From NCBI GenBank assembly GCA_963787125.1, contig CAWBBV010000012.1, forward strand, positions 256,001 through 320,000: a DNA stretch of 64,000 nucleotides, written 5' to 3'. Source of the stretch: an uncultured delta proteobacterium. GTDB lineage: Bacteria > Desulfobacterota > Desulfuromonadia > Geobacterales > DSM-12255. The notes under the pieces were generated by a model that saw only the letters and a program-made list of their open reading frames with translations, was not told where the DNA came from and did no database searches. Both the position numbers and the translations under genes were made by a program. This document shows, one piece after another, positions 9,428 to 18,782 of the stretch. Position 1 is the stretch's first letter; each line of letters begins with the position of its first letter.

Positions 9428-9727
9428 TTACATACGAAATCTGGGCATAAAACCGAGTTTACTGATTGTCCGTTGCATATTTTGATTCACATTCACCAAT
9501 TCTGGTTTTATGCCTCTAATCCTGGCACATTCAAAGAGCACATTTAAAAGCTGCAAGCCACTATTGTCGGTCTCTTCAACCTTTTCGCAGTCTACCTGAA
9601 GGCTCTTGCGACCTTCTGATTCAAGCCGGTCAAGAGAATCGGCAAGCGAAGACAGATTCCCCATCACACCGTTTATAGTCCAATCGCCTTCCAGATGCGC
9701 TACCCTTCCGGCCAATCTGACTGTCAT
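9428..9727 (-). CDS. STAS-domain protein (anti-anti-sigma/MlaB-like), paralog 1
   Basis: Start ATG 9727 after GAGG; LEGDWT..VDCEKVEETDNSGLQLL..RGIKPELVNV. Confidence 0.82.
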   Translation of the reverse strand: MTVRLAGRVAHLEGDWTINGVMGNLSSLADSLDRLESEGRKSLQVDCEKVEETDNSGLQLLNVLFECARIRGIKPELVNVNQNMQRTISKLGFMPRFRM

Positions 9728-9769
9728 AAAAAACCTCGCCACTAAATAATAATTGACATTACGGGACAC

Positions 9770-9785
9770 TTCACAGCTCGTGCCA
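9770..9785 (-). promoter_or_regulatory. Sigma-54 -24/-12 promoter candidate (TGGCAC-GAGCT-GTGAA)
   Basis: Perfect -24 box, variant -12, 42 bp upstream of STAS gene. Confidence 0.55.
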
Positions 9786-10022
9786 AAACCATCACGTAAA
9801 ATTATTCAATAATATCTAACTGTTATCTCTCAGTTTTTGATCACTGACCGGAAACAAATTATATTTTCGCACCTCATTCTTTGAAGTTCTCTGGTAACTG
9901 CCCGTAACGACGATCTTTTAGCAGTGTTAACATTTTCACCCATTGCATCATTTGTTACATTACCGGAGCGTTTATATAAGCAACTGACTTGCGTATGACC
10001 TCCATTATGGTATTTTAACAAT

Positions 10023-11606
10023 ATGAAAGAGAAGATCTTCACAGCACAACTACTGGAGTTGCTGCGTAATCCGGAGATATACCCTGTTCAGACAAAAAGC
10101 GTCGAACTTGTGCAGACACATATCTCCTGGCTTTTCCTGACCGATACCCATGTTTTCAAGATCAAGAAACCGGTAAACTTTGGCTTTCTTGATTTTTCCA
10201 CTGTCGAATTGCGGCGTCATTACTGTTATGAAGAGCTGCGGCTAAACCGGCGACTCTGCCCTGATATTTATGAGCAAGTGGTAGAGCTACGTGCCACAGA
10301 GTGCGGCCCGACCTTTAGCAGAAATGGAGAGGTAATCGACTATGCGGTAATCATGAAAAGGCTCCCTGCTGACAGGATGCTCGACAGGCTGATTGACAAC
10401 GGTACCATCACAGTCGAAGAGATCCGGCTTGTTGCGTTGGAAATATGCAGATTCCACGCAAATGCCGCAATTTCACCTCATATCAACGAATTCGGGTCAC
10501 TGGAGATAATACGGCTTAACTGGCAGGAAAACTTTGACCAGACCGTTGAGTTCGACAAAACCACCCTTCCCCGCACTGTCAGAGAGACAATTCGTACTTA
10601 CACAGAGAACTTCACAGCAAAGAATCAAACAATATTTAGCGAAAGGGTTGAGAAAGGTTTTATCAGAGACTGCGACGGGGATATTCATTCAGGTAATATC
10701 TGTATTGTCGATAATAAGGCGTTTATCTTTGATTGCATCGAATTTAACGAGCGTTTTCGTTTTTCGGACACTGCTGCGGATATCGCTTTTCTTCTCATGG
10801 ATCTTGACTATCACAGCCGCCATGATCTTGCTGATGTGGCACTGGCAACATACGTCCAGGCTTCCGGCGATACGGCGCTGGAACAAGTAGTCACGTTCTA
10901 TAAAGTGTATCGGGCTTTCGTGCGCGGAAAAGTGGCAAGTCTGCAACTTCTTGATGCCGGCATTTCAGCACATGAACGTTCCTTGGCTGAAAAGCATGCA
11001 AGTCGTTACTTTCGTCTGGCGCAAGGTTACTGTCTGCAAAGCCGACTCCCCCTGACGCTGTTCATCACCTGCGGAACAATGGGCTGCGGCAAGAGTACCC
11101 TGGCAAAACAGCTCGCCTTTGAACTCGGTCTTGAATCTTTCAACTCTGATATAGTCAGAAAAAAGCTGGCAGGATTAGCGCCGACACAAAGGGTCAACGT
11201 CTTATTCGGGCTCGGTCTATATTCAAATGGAATGACCGCCAGTACCTACTCAGAGCTTGAACGATTGACAGACGCCGAGCTTGCCCTGGGACATTCAGTG
11301 ATTGTTGATGCAGGCTTTGGAACTGCCGCCTTGAGAGCCAGGTTTGGGCGGCTTGCAACTTCCCGTAAAGCAAAGTTCGTAATCCTCTTTACTACGTGTG
11401 ATCCGGATGTGCAGCAAAGAAGATTGCTCGCGCGCGCCACTGCAAATGATTCTGTTTCTGACGGCAGAATTGAGCTACTGGAAACTCAAAAAAACACCTT
11501 TGTGCCGCCGGTAGATTCTGAAGGTGCCATTATCGACTGTTCAACCAATGGCACTGTCGAATTGGCGCTAAACTCGGTTTACTCTCACCGCATGTTCAGC
11601 TCCTGA
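10023..11606 (+). CDS. Bifunctional aminoglycoside-phosphotransferase-like / AAA_33 P-loop kinase
   Basis: QTHISW, KIKKPV, DGDIHSGNI, FDCIEFN, DIAFLLMDL; C-terminal GTMGCGKST, SDIVRK. Confidence 0.88.
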   Translation: MKEKIFTAQLLELLRNPEIYPVQTKSVELVQTHISWLFLTDTHVFKIKKPVNFGFLDFSTVELRRHYCYEELRLNRRLCPDIYEQVVELRATECGPTFSRNGEVIDYAVIMKRLPADRMLDRLIDNGTITVEEIRLVALEICRFHANAAISPHINEFGSLEIIRLNWQENFDQTVEFDKTTLPRTVRETIRTYTENFTAKNQTIFSERVEKGFIRDCDGDIHSGNICIVDNKAFIFDCIEFNERFRFSDTAADIAFLLMDLDYHSRHDLADVALATYVQASGDTALEQVVTFYKVYRAFVRGKVASLQLLDAGISAHERSLAEKHASRYFRLAQGYCLQSRLPLTLFITCGTMGCGKSTLAKQLAFELGLESFNSDIVRKKLAGLAPTQRVNVLFGLGLYSNGMTASTYSELERLTDAELALGHSVIVDAGFGTAALRARFGRLATSRKAKFVILFTTCDPDVQQRRLLARATANDSVSDGRIELLETQKNTFVPPVDSEGAIIDCSTNGTVELALNSVYSHRMFSS

Positions 11607-11615
11607 CCTACATGT

Positions 11616-11801
11616 TCAAGCACAAGCGCAATCATCCTGCCAGATGCACTCCTTTTCGCCACACTCAAGCGAGTAATTACAGTAGCTGCACTGTTTCCCC
11701 CCACTTGGATCCTGAGTCGCGCCCAGAGTTTCGAGCCACCTTCTGTTTTCGGCTTTAATATTTCTTTGGCTTATTATCTGGTCGATTATGCAGATATTCA
11801 T
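11616..11801 (-). CDS. Small Cys-rich protein (61 aa), paralog of 13246-13425
   Basis: RBS AAGGAG overlapping the glgC stop; MNICIID...CSYCNYSLECGEKECIWQDDCACA. Confidence 0.65.
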   Translation of the reverse strand: MNICIIDQIISQRNIKAENRRWLETLGATQDPSGGKQCSYCNYSLECGEKECIWQDDCACA

Positions 11802-11811
11802 TGGTCTCTCC

Positions 11812-13203
11812 TTAGGCCGCTGCAGACCTTCTGAAACCGGCCTGACGGGATGCGCTCTGATCCGGGGCAAGATAGAGAAAAGTTTTTTCCGGCAAGATTG
11901 CAGGCATCTTCGCCACGAGCGACACTGCTTTTGAGTCCGTGGCATGCGGGACAGCATTTTTGTATTTATCTCTGCGTGGCACAACAACAATGCCCGACTG
12001 TGTCACCGTATAGCCGTTCAAACGGTCAGCATCTCTATCGTAACCGATAATTGCACCATCCGGGATCACTACACCTTTTTCTATGATCGCTTTTCTAATT
12101 TTAACGTGCCTGCCAATAGTAACTTTATCAAAGAGGATGGAATCTTCCACCAGGCTATAGCTGTTGATTTTGCATTGAGGGCCGATAATTGAACGTCTCA
12201 CTGTGCTGCCACTGGTGATACAACCGCCACAGACATATGAGTCGACATTCTCGCCGCGGCGATCTTCCTCGTCGAAGACGGTCTTGGCAGGCGGCAGATT
12301 CCCCTGATTGGTGAGAATCGGCCATTTATAGTTGTAGAGGTTCAATTGCGGTGAGACATGAATCAGATCCATATTGGCTTCATAGTAAGAATCAATCGAG
12401 CCGACATCTTTCCAGTAGCCCCGTTCTTCAGTCTTCATCCCCGGCATCATGTTGTCATTGAAGTTATAGGCAAAAACCCGGTCAGCTCTTGCCAGCATCA
12501 TCGGGATTACATGTTTGCCGAAATCCAGATCGGCATGCAGCTTCTTCCCGGCAAGCAGCACCTCTATAAGCTTTTTGGTAGAGAATATATAGTTGCCCAT
12601 CGAGGCGAAACAGCTCTCCTTCCCTGGTATTCTCTGCGGCTCATCAGGCTTTTCCGTAAAGCTGGTAACCCGATTATCATCATCAACTGAAAAAACGCCT
12701 AAACGCCGGGCCTCTTCAACCGGTACTTCCAGGGCTGAGATTGTGATGTCTGCACGGTTTTGGCGGTGATAATTGATCATCTGGGTCACATCCATTTTGT
12801 AGATATGATCGCCGCCGAAGATCGCCACATAATCGGCATTTGACGATTCAACAAAACGCAAATACTGAAGGATCGCATCGGCTGTGCCTTTAAACCACTC
12901 CTCACTTTCGCAACTGGTCTCAGGAGAAATATCAACAATAAATTCACCAAGGCCAGTCCACTTCCCCCATGATTCACGAATGTGCCGGTTGAGTGAGTAG
13001 GCACGATACTGAGTCAGGACATAAATTTTCCTGATACCGGAATTGAAAAGGTTGCTAAGAACAAAATCGATAATTTTGTATTTGCCGCCAAAAGGGACTC
13101 CAGGAGTGGCACGGCGCTCTGTCAGCGGATTTAGCCGCTCTCCTTTACCCCCGGCCAGAACCATTGCGATTGTATTTCGGGCAACATTATCGACTGAATG
13201 CAT
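11812..13203 (-). CDS. glgC: Glucose-1-phosphate adenylyltransferase homologue (catalytic Lys replaced by Thr; C-terminal extension)
   Basis: LAGGKGERL, RATPGVPFGG, GTADA, GDHIY, EKP, ASMGNY, DFGK, YWKDVG, beta-helix; ATG 13203 with RBS AAGGAG. Confidence 0.9.
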   Translation of the reverse strand: MHSVDNVARNTIAMVLAGGKGERLNPLTERRATPGVPFGGKYKIIDFVLSNLFNSGIRKIYVLTQYRAYSLNRHIRESWGKWTGLGEFIVDISPETSCESEEWFKGTADAILQYLRFVESSNADYVAIFGGDHIYKMDVTQMINYHRQNRADITISALEVPVEEARRLGVFSVDDDNRVTSFTEKPDEPQRIPGKESCFASMGNYIFSTKKLIEVLLAGKKLHADLDFGKHVIPMMLARADRVFAYNFNDNMMPGMKTEERGYWKDVGSIDSYYEANMDLIHVSPQLNLYNYKWPILTNQGNLPPAKTVFDEEDRRGENVDSYVCGGCITSGSTVRRSIIGPQCKINSYSLVEDSILFDKVTIGRHVKIRKAIIEKGVVIPDGAIIGYDRDADRLNGYTVTQSGIVVVPRRDKYKNAVPHATDSKAVSLVAKMPAILPEKTFLYLAPDQSASRQAGFRRSAAA

Positions 13204-13245
13204 TGGGTGCTTCTCCTTTATGAATATATATCTATACAACGTTGA

Positions 13246-13425
13246 TCAGACGCAATCTTCCCGCCAGAGACAGCTTTTCAGGTTGCACACTTTTACCCTG
13301 TCAGTGCCAAAACAGATCTGGTTACGCTCTGCTTGCTGAATAGCCCGTATAATTTCAGTTTTCCTGCTTCTGTCAGGGTTGATATATTGCTGTCCGTTCA
13401 TTTCTTTGTTCGCTTCAACTTTCAT
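13246..13425 (-). CDS. Small Cys-rich protein (59 aa; resembles Geobacter proteins often annotated SAP-domain-containing)
   Basis: RBS GGAGG; KTEIIRAIQQAERNQICFGT..C..SCLWREDC. Confidence 0.75.
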   Translation of the reverse strand: MKVEANKEMNGQQYINPDRSRKTEIIRAIQQAERNQICFGTDRVKVCNLKSCLWREDCV

Positions 13426-13451
13426 CAACGCCACCTCCTGTCTGTCTGTTG

Positions 13452-13778
13452 CTAACAAACCATATGAGTATTCAAAAATTCATCATTCAGGCAGTATCTG
13501 AAATTGAGTTCCAGCATAATTTTTTGCAATCGTTCGCTTATATTGACCAGAACAGGCTTCACACCCCGGATCCTCGCGCACTCAAGCCAGAGCAGTAGCA
13601 GTTCCAGGCCGGTTACATCAGCGTCATAAACTTTGGCGCAATCAACGCGCAGGTTTTCTACCCTGGCGAATTCAAGTTGCTGAAGGGAGTCTGCCAAAAC
13701 ATCAATTTTCTGACCGACACCGTTACATGTCCAATCACCTTCAAGATGCACTTCCGGACCGGCCATACGGATCTTCAT
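13452..13778 (-). CDS. STAS-domain protein, paralog 2
   Basis: RBS AAGGAGG, ATG 13778; HLEGDWT..VDCAKVYDADVTGLELL..ECARIRGVKPVLVN, clearly homologous to 9428-9727. Confidence 0.82.
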   Translation of the reverse strand: MKIRMAGPEVHLEGDWTCNGVGQKIDVLADSLQQLEFARVENLRVDCAKVYDADVTGLELLLLWLECARIRGVKPVLVNISERLQKIMLELNFRYCLNDEFLNTHMVC

Positions 13779-13850
13779 GCAAACCTCCTTTTGTAAAGCG
13801 TTATCGTGCGTCTGCTGGTGAAGATCAAGTAATGCATGCATGCTGTGCGT

Positions 13851-13866
13851 TACATAAGACATGCCA
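13851..13866 (-). promoter_or_regulatory. Sigma-54 promoter candidate (TGGCAT-GTCTT-ATGTA)
   Basis: -24 box upstream of the STAS-Cys-glgC-Cys operon; variant -12. Confidence 0.5.
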
Positions 13867-14029
13867 AAATTACTTTCATAATTTAGACCATAACTTCAGT
13901 TAGTTGACTGATACGGGATCAATACCGGCAGGGAGAAAATTATAAACAGAAGTGTAGTTTTACGGTTAGAAGGGTTAAAAGCGTTTACTGGCTGGAGCTT
14001 ACAGGCATGTTACATTTATTTACAACGGC

Positions 14030-17000
14030 TCAATTTGTAACATGTTCTTTATTGCAAAGGCTTTCAATCAAATTAAGGAGCAGATCCAGGTTAACCGGTT
14101 TTGCAATATAACCATTAATCCCGGCCGCCATAAACTGGTCACGATCCTCGTTGAAAGCATGGGCGGTCATGGCAATAATAGGGATATTACAATTAACTCC
14201 TGACAGCTTTCCTGAACGGATAATTTTAGCCACCTCGGTACCGTCCAGATCAGGCATGGATATATCTGTAAGAATTATCTCAAACTCCGCACGTTGCAAG
14301 GCATCAAGAAGCGCCCTGCCACTATCAACTGTAGTAACTTTGTGTCCCTTCCTTTGCAGCAGTTTTTGGGCAATTGTTCTACCCATCTTGTCGTCATCGG
14401 CAAGCAGCAGTTTTCTGGAATAAACTTGAGATATAACCGGAACCGGAGATGGAGCAAGAGACTGAACCTGCGGGATAACAACCGGCACGGTTACGGTAAA
14501 AACAGAACCTTCACCCAAAACGCTGGCAACCGTGACATTGCCCCCCATCAGATCAAGCAAACGTCGGCAGATAGGGAGCCCAAGGCCGGTGCCTGCGCTA
14601 CTGCGGGTGGTGAAACCTCCGATCTGGGTAAAACTGTCAAAAATATAATCCAGTTTGTCAGCAGCAATACCTACTCCGGTGTCTTTGACCACAATTCGCA
14701 GCAGGATTTTGTCATGAGAGTCATCCGTGAAAGGAGGACCGCTACTGATCTCGAGTGAGATTTTACCTTTAGTGGTAAATTTAATGGCGTTACCAATCAG
14801 GTTGGAGATTATCTGCCGTAAGCGTTGCTGATCGCTAACGATGAACGCCGGCAAGTTCTCAGCCATTGAAAAGCCAAGTTCAAGCCCCTTGGCGCCGGCA
14901 CTTGCAGAAAAAATCCTCACAAGCTGGATAGCCATGGAAGCGATCGAGAAAATTTCACTCTCCAGTTCGAGTTTTCCGGCCTCAATTTTGGAATAATCAA
15001 GGACATCGTTAATAACCTGGAGCAGCATTCTTGAAGCAGCCTTGCAATCATGTAGGTACTCCAGTTGCTGCCTTGATAACTGCGACGCTTCCAGCATATC
15101 AATATTCCCCAGCATGGCGCCCAGTGGTGTCCTGATCTCGTGGCTCATGGTAGCCAGAAAATCAGATTTAGCACGATTGGCTGCTTCAGCGGCCTCCTTA
15201 GACTGATGCAACTCAAGCTCAGCCCGTTTACGCTCGGTGATGTTCCGGATGATTGCCCACATCCCTTCCGGTTTATTCTGGTCGTCTTTCAATAGAAATG
15301 TCTTTAGCTCGATATCAACCAGAGAACCGTCTTTTCTCTGATATTCTTTCTGGTAAACATCAGAATACCCTCTTTTAAGTACCTGTTGTTCAACCAGTTC
15401 AGTTTCGTAGGCATGCCATTTCTTAGGGGTCAACTGAACATACGAGAGTGAAGATAACTCGTTGGCATCGTAGCCTGTCAGTGTTTCGAATAAGGCGTTT
15501 GACTCAATAATCCGACCTTTCATGTCAACACAACAATAAGCATCCGTCATACTCTCGAATAAGCGACTGTATTTTAATTCAGTTGACTGAAGTGACTTTT
15601 CCAGCTTCTTGCGTTTGACGATATCCCAGACAAGATTGCCAAAATGCTCAAGTCTCATCATTTCATAAACGGTGTAATCGTTTTGTTTGTTACCGACACC
15701 CAATACTGCCACAATCTTATTATTACGAAAAATCGGCACTATAACTTCCCGGTGAAGCGTGGCGTGCCCTGGCGGCAAACCTTTGCGCCCGGAAAGAGAT
15801 CCATAACTGTTATGAATCAGGGCTTTTCTTTGTCGAATACAGTCAGCCCAGATTCCGGCACTCTCCAGCGAATAGTGCTTATCTTTTACTTCGGCAGTAC
15901 AAAAAGAAGATACCGTTTTAGTCGACCAGGTCTGCAGAGACAGATTAATCTGATCTTCATCTACGAAATGAAAAAACCCGATCTGGCTTGCAGTCAAAGC
16001 TTCGGCTTCATCAATAATCTTGGTCAACAGTTCGTCAAGGGAATGGTTCAAGGCAAAATCGCTGATTCTCAGGCGGGCCTTGAGAACCAGTTCATCCAGT
16101 TTTCGCTCGGTTATATCTGAAAAACAGGCTAAGCTGGCGAAGATCTGCCCATCTTCATCCAAAAGAGGGGAGCCGAATATTTCAAGCTGAACCTTGCTAC
16201 CATCCGGACGTTCAACCACCATATCATCCACATATGACTTCACACCCTTCATGCCCAGCATAATCGGCATCTCTTCCACTGGATAAGTCTCATCGCTCCC
16301 TAACCTGATTGCCTTGTACACCTGAGACAGGTTGAATCTGGAGGCGTCCGGAAGTATCCCTCTACCCAAAAGCTTTAAAGCCGCATCGTTTGCCACAAGG
16401 GGCTTTCCGGACGGCACCTCAACCATAAAAACGCCCATCGGGATGTTATTAATCAACGAGGAGAGCAGGCTGTGCTGACGTCTGAGAGACTCCACGACAA
16501 TTTTCTTCTCTTCTTCAACGTTCTTTTGCGCACCAATATCACTTAAAGTGATCCAGTACTCGCCGCCACAGGCAGAAGCAGCCTGAAGACGCGCCCAGAA
16601 AGGTGACCCATCTGCCCGCATCAGCCGCATCTCCCAGATATGCGGTTTGTCGGCTTCATATACTTCTTTCCGCTGCCGGTAGTATATGTCCTGATCTTCA
16701 CGGAAGACGAATTTTGTTAGCGGTTTTCTTAACAGTTTTTTTCGTTCAAAACCTAATAAAGTTGCCGCGGTGAGATTTGCGTCGAGCACGATGCCACGGG
16801 CGCTGACAGTCAGATAGCCGACCGGCGCCAAATCATACAGCTCGAAGTAACGGGCTCGCGATACTGACAATTCATGCTGGGCGTGGCGCAATTCGTCGTT
16901 CTGCATCTCCAGTTCAATCTGGTGGACACGCAGTTCGTAGAGAAGCTGCTGCGCCTCCTCTAGTGACAATAGTTCTGTGGCTGCCGCCTCTTCAGTACGA

Positions 17001-17065
17001 ATTTTCTCTTCCGCGAGGTGGCGAAATACGAGCCTTGAGCTGGATTCAGATTTGCTTCTGCGCAT
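14030..17065 (-). CDS. Hybrid sensor histidine kinase (PAS-PAS-GAF-PAS-HisKA-HATPase-REC)
   Basis: ELRVHQIELEMQN leader, PAS/PAC DITERK repeats, [27 protein letters not shown] (LADDD, TDISMP, AKP). Start uncertain. Confidence 0.9.
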   Translation of the reverse strand: MRRSKSESSSRLVFRHLAEEKIRTEEAAATELLSLEEAQQLLYELRVHQIELEMQNDELRHAQHELSVSRARYFELYDLAPVGYLTVSARGIVLDANLTAATLLGFERKKLLRKPLTKFVFREDQDIYYRQRKEVYEADKPHIWEMRLMRADGSPFWARLQAASACGGEYWITLSDIGAQKNVEEEKKIVVESLRRQHSLLSSLINNIPMGVFMVEVPSGKPLVANDAALKLLGRGILPDASRFNLSQVYKAIRLGSDETYPVEEMPIMLGMKGVKSYVDDMVVERPDGSKVQLEIFGSPLLDEDGQIFASLACFSDITERKLDELVLKARLRISDFALNHSLDELLTKIIDEAEALTASQIGFFHFVDEDQINLSLQTWSTKTVSSFCTAEVKDKHYSLESAGIWADCIRQRKALIHNSYGSLSGRKGLPPGHATLHREVIVPIFRNNKIVAVLGVGNKQNDYTVYEMMRLEHFGNLVWDIVKRKKLEKSLQSTELKYSRLFESMTDAYCCVDMKGRIIESNALFETLTGYDANELSSLSYVQLTPKKWHAYETELVEQQVLKRGYSDVYQKEYQRKDGSLVDIELKTFLLKDDQNKPEGMWAIIRNITERKRAELELHQSKEAAEAANRAKSDFLATMSHEIRTPLGAMLGNIDMLEASQLSRQQLEYLHDCKAASRMLLQVINDVLDYSKIEAGKLELESEIFSIASMAIQLVRIFSASAGAKGLELGFSMAENLPAFIVSDQQRLRQIISNLIGNAIKFTTKGKISLEISSGPPFTDDSHDKILLRIVVKDTGVGIAADKLDYIFDSFTQIGGFTTRSSAGTGLGLPICRRLLDLMGGNVTVASVLGEGSVFTVTVPVVIPQVQSLAPSPVPVISQVYSRKLLLADDDKMGRTIAQKLLQRKGHKVTTVDSGRALLDALQRAEFEIILTDISMPDLDGTEVAKIIRSGKLSGVNCNIPIIAMTAHAFNEDRDQFMAAGINGYIAKPVNLDLLLNLIESLCNKEHVTN

Positions 17066-17118
17066 TAATCTTCCTAAAGGTTGATGGTCAGATAGCCGAC
17101 ATATGAAAAATAGCTTAT

Positions 17119-18675
17119 CTATACCTCTATCATGAACTCTGCACAATCACCCCAGTTTCGGGCTGTCAATCGGCCCTGCATATGCTTTTCAACAATCATC
17201 TTGGCCATGTAAAGACCGATACCACTCCCCTTCCCTTCCAGTTTGGTGGAAAAATAGGGATCGAATATTTTCGGTAGCACATGTTCCGGTATACCGCCGC
17301 CGTTATCACGCACGGTAACAACGGAGCGGCCATGCTTCTCGAATATGCGAATAAAGACAACAGGGTTAACCTGTTCATGATCCAGCAGGGCATCACGCGC
17401 ATTGAGGATGATATTGAGAAATGCCTGGGCGTACTCGTTGGGATAACCTGTTGCAGTTATGTTGGGCTCTTCGTCAATCTGCACCTTGATTCCCTTGCTG
17501 CGCAGGGAAGGTTCAGCGAAGAAAAGCGCCCGGGAAATAATATCGTTGACTATGAAACTGCTGGTTTCAGTTTCACTGCTGAAAAAATTGCGAAAATCAT
17601 CAATTGTTACCGAGATCTGCTGCAGCACCTTCATGACGTCGCTGATATCCTGATCCAGCTCTTCTGGCGAAAGATCGTTGGCTTTGAAGGCAAGCTGCAG
17701 GCTTTGAACAATCAGACCGATATTGTTGAGCGGTTGCCGCCACTGGTGGGCAATGTTGCTGATCATCTCCCCCATGGCCGTTAAACGGCTCTCCTGAATA
17801 ATAATGGCATCCTTTTGACGCAGTTCGGTAATGACTTCCGTAACGTTGGCATTGAGAGTCTTATTGAGTTCGATCAGTCTTTGCCGCTGTTCTTCCAGCA
17901 ATTTCTCATGACGTTTCTTTTCGGTTACGTCAACGCAGATTGCCCCCAACAGGGTTGTGCCGTCCACCCGGGGAATCGGAAATTTATATGTTTCCAGAAT
18001 GATTTCGTTGCCGTCGTCGCCTTTGATCACATCATGGTACAACCCCAGTCCCTGAGCTAGCACCTCCTGATCGTCGCGGGCAATTTTTGCTGCCATTTCC
18101 GGTGCCACCAGCTTGTCGGCACTTAAACCGGTAATCTCTGCAACACCATGGAGATCTTTAAAATATTCATTCGCAAACAGTATCTTGCCATTGCTATCTT
18201 TTATAAGTACCAGAAGGGGGAGATGATCCATGAACACCGAGAAAAGATTTTCACTTTCCTGCAAAGCCAGTTCGGTTTTACGTTGTTTGGAAACATCGCG
18301 GGCAACAAATACATTTGCCGATACTTGCCCGGCACTGTTTAACAGCGGCGAAATAGTAACTTCAAATATTTCATCACGATTCTTCAATTTGAACTCTAAA
18401 GTTTCAGGTTTTTTGGACTCTATCACCCGTGAATGGATACAATTGCCAGGATTACAGTCAGTTGCCTGAATAAGTTCATGGCATTTACGCCCGACAACTT
18501 CAGTCAAATCAAGCCCGCAATGCTCTGCCATGGCACGATTAGCCCTGATTACAGTGTGGTCTTTATCAACGATGAAAATCATTTCGGCAACTGCATCAAA
18601 AATCTGTTCCCATTCCAGCTTGGCCAGGAGGATAGATTCAGCTTCAGGCTGGGATAATTTGGAAATTTCAGACAT
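17119..18675 (-). CDS. PAS-domain sensor histidine kinase
   Basis: Two PAS domains, IAHQWRQPLN, NIILNARDA, DNGGGI, GSGIGL. Confidence 0.9.
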   Translation of the reverse strand: MSEISKLSQPEAESILLAKLEWEQIFDAVAEMIFIVDKDHTVIRANRAMAEHCGLDLTEVVGRKCHELIQATDCNPGNCIHSRVIESKKPETLEFKLKNRDEIFEVTISPLLNSAGQVSANVFVARDVSKQRKTELALQESENLFSVFMDHLPLLVLIKDSNGKILFANEYFKDLHGVAEITGLSADKLVAPEMAAKIARDDQEVLAQGLGLYHDVIKGDDGNEIILETYKFPIPRVDGTTLLGAICVDVTEKKRHEKLLEEQRQRLIELNKTLNANVTEVITELRQKDAIIIQESRLTAMGEMISNIAHQWRQPLNNIGLIVQSLQLAFKANDLSPEELDQDISDVMKVLQQISVTIDDFRNFFSSETETSSFIVNDIISRALFFAEPSLRSKGIKVQIDEEPNITATGYPNEYAQAFLNIILNARDALLDHEQVNPVVFIRIFEKHGRSVVTVRDNGGGIPEHVLPKIFDPYFSTKLEGKGSGIGLYMAKMIVEKHMQGRLTARNWGDCAEFMIEV

Positions 18676-18782
18676 GTTTCAAGTCCCTTTTAACATATTT
18701 ATCGTATGGTTAACTTTCGCACATATTACATATTTCTTATAATTGTAACAATGCTTATTTGTTATGATTATTTTACTGAATA

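Noticed and set aside
9830..10042. 70-aa ORF with faint similarity (ELQ..ENIICF) to the Cys mini-protein at 13246
   Set aside because: Similarity too short to trust, no Cys tail or RBS, and it overlaps probable promoter DNA.
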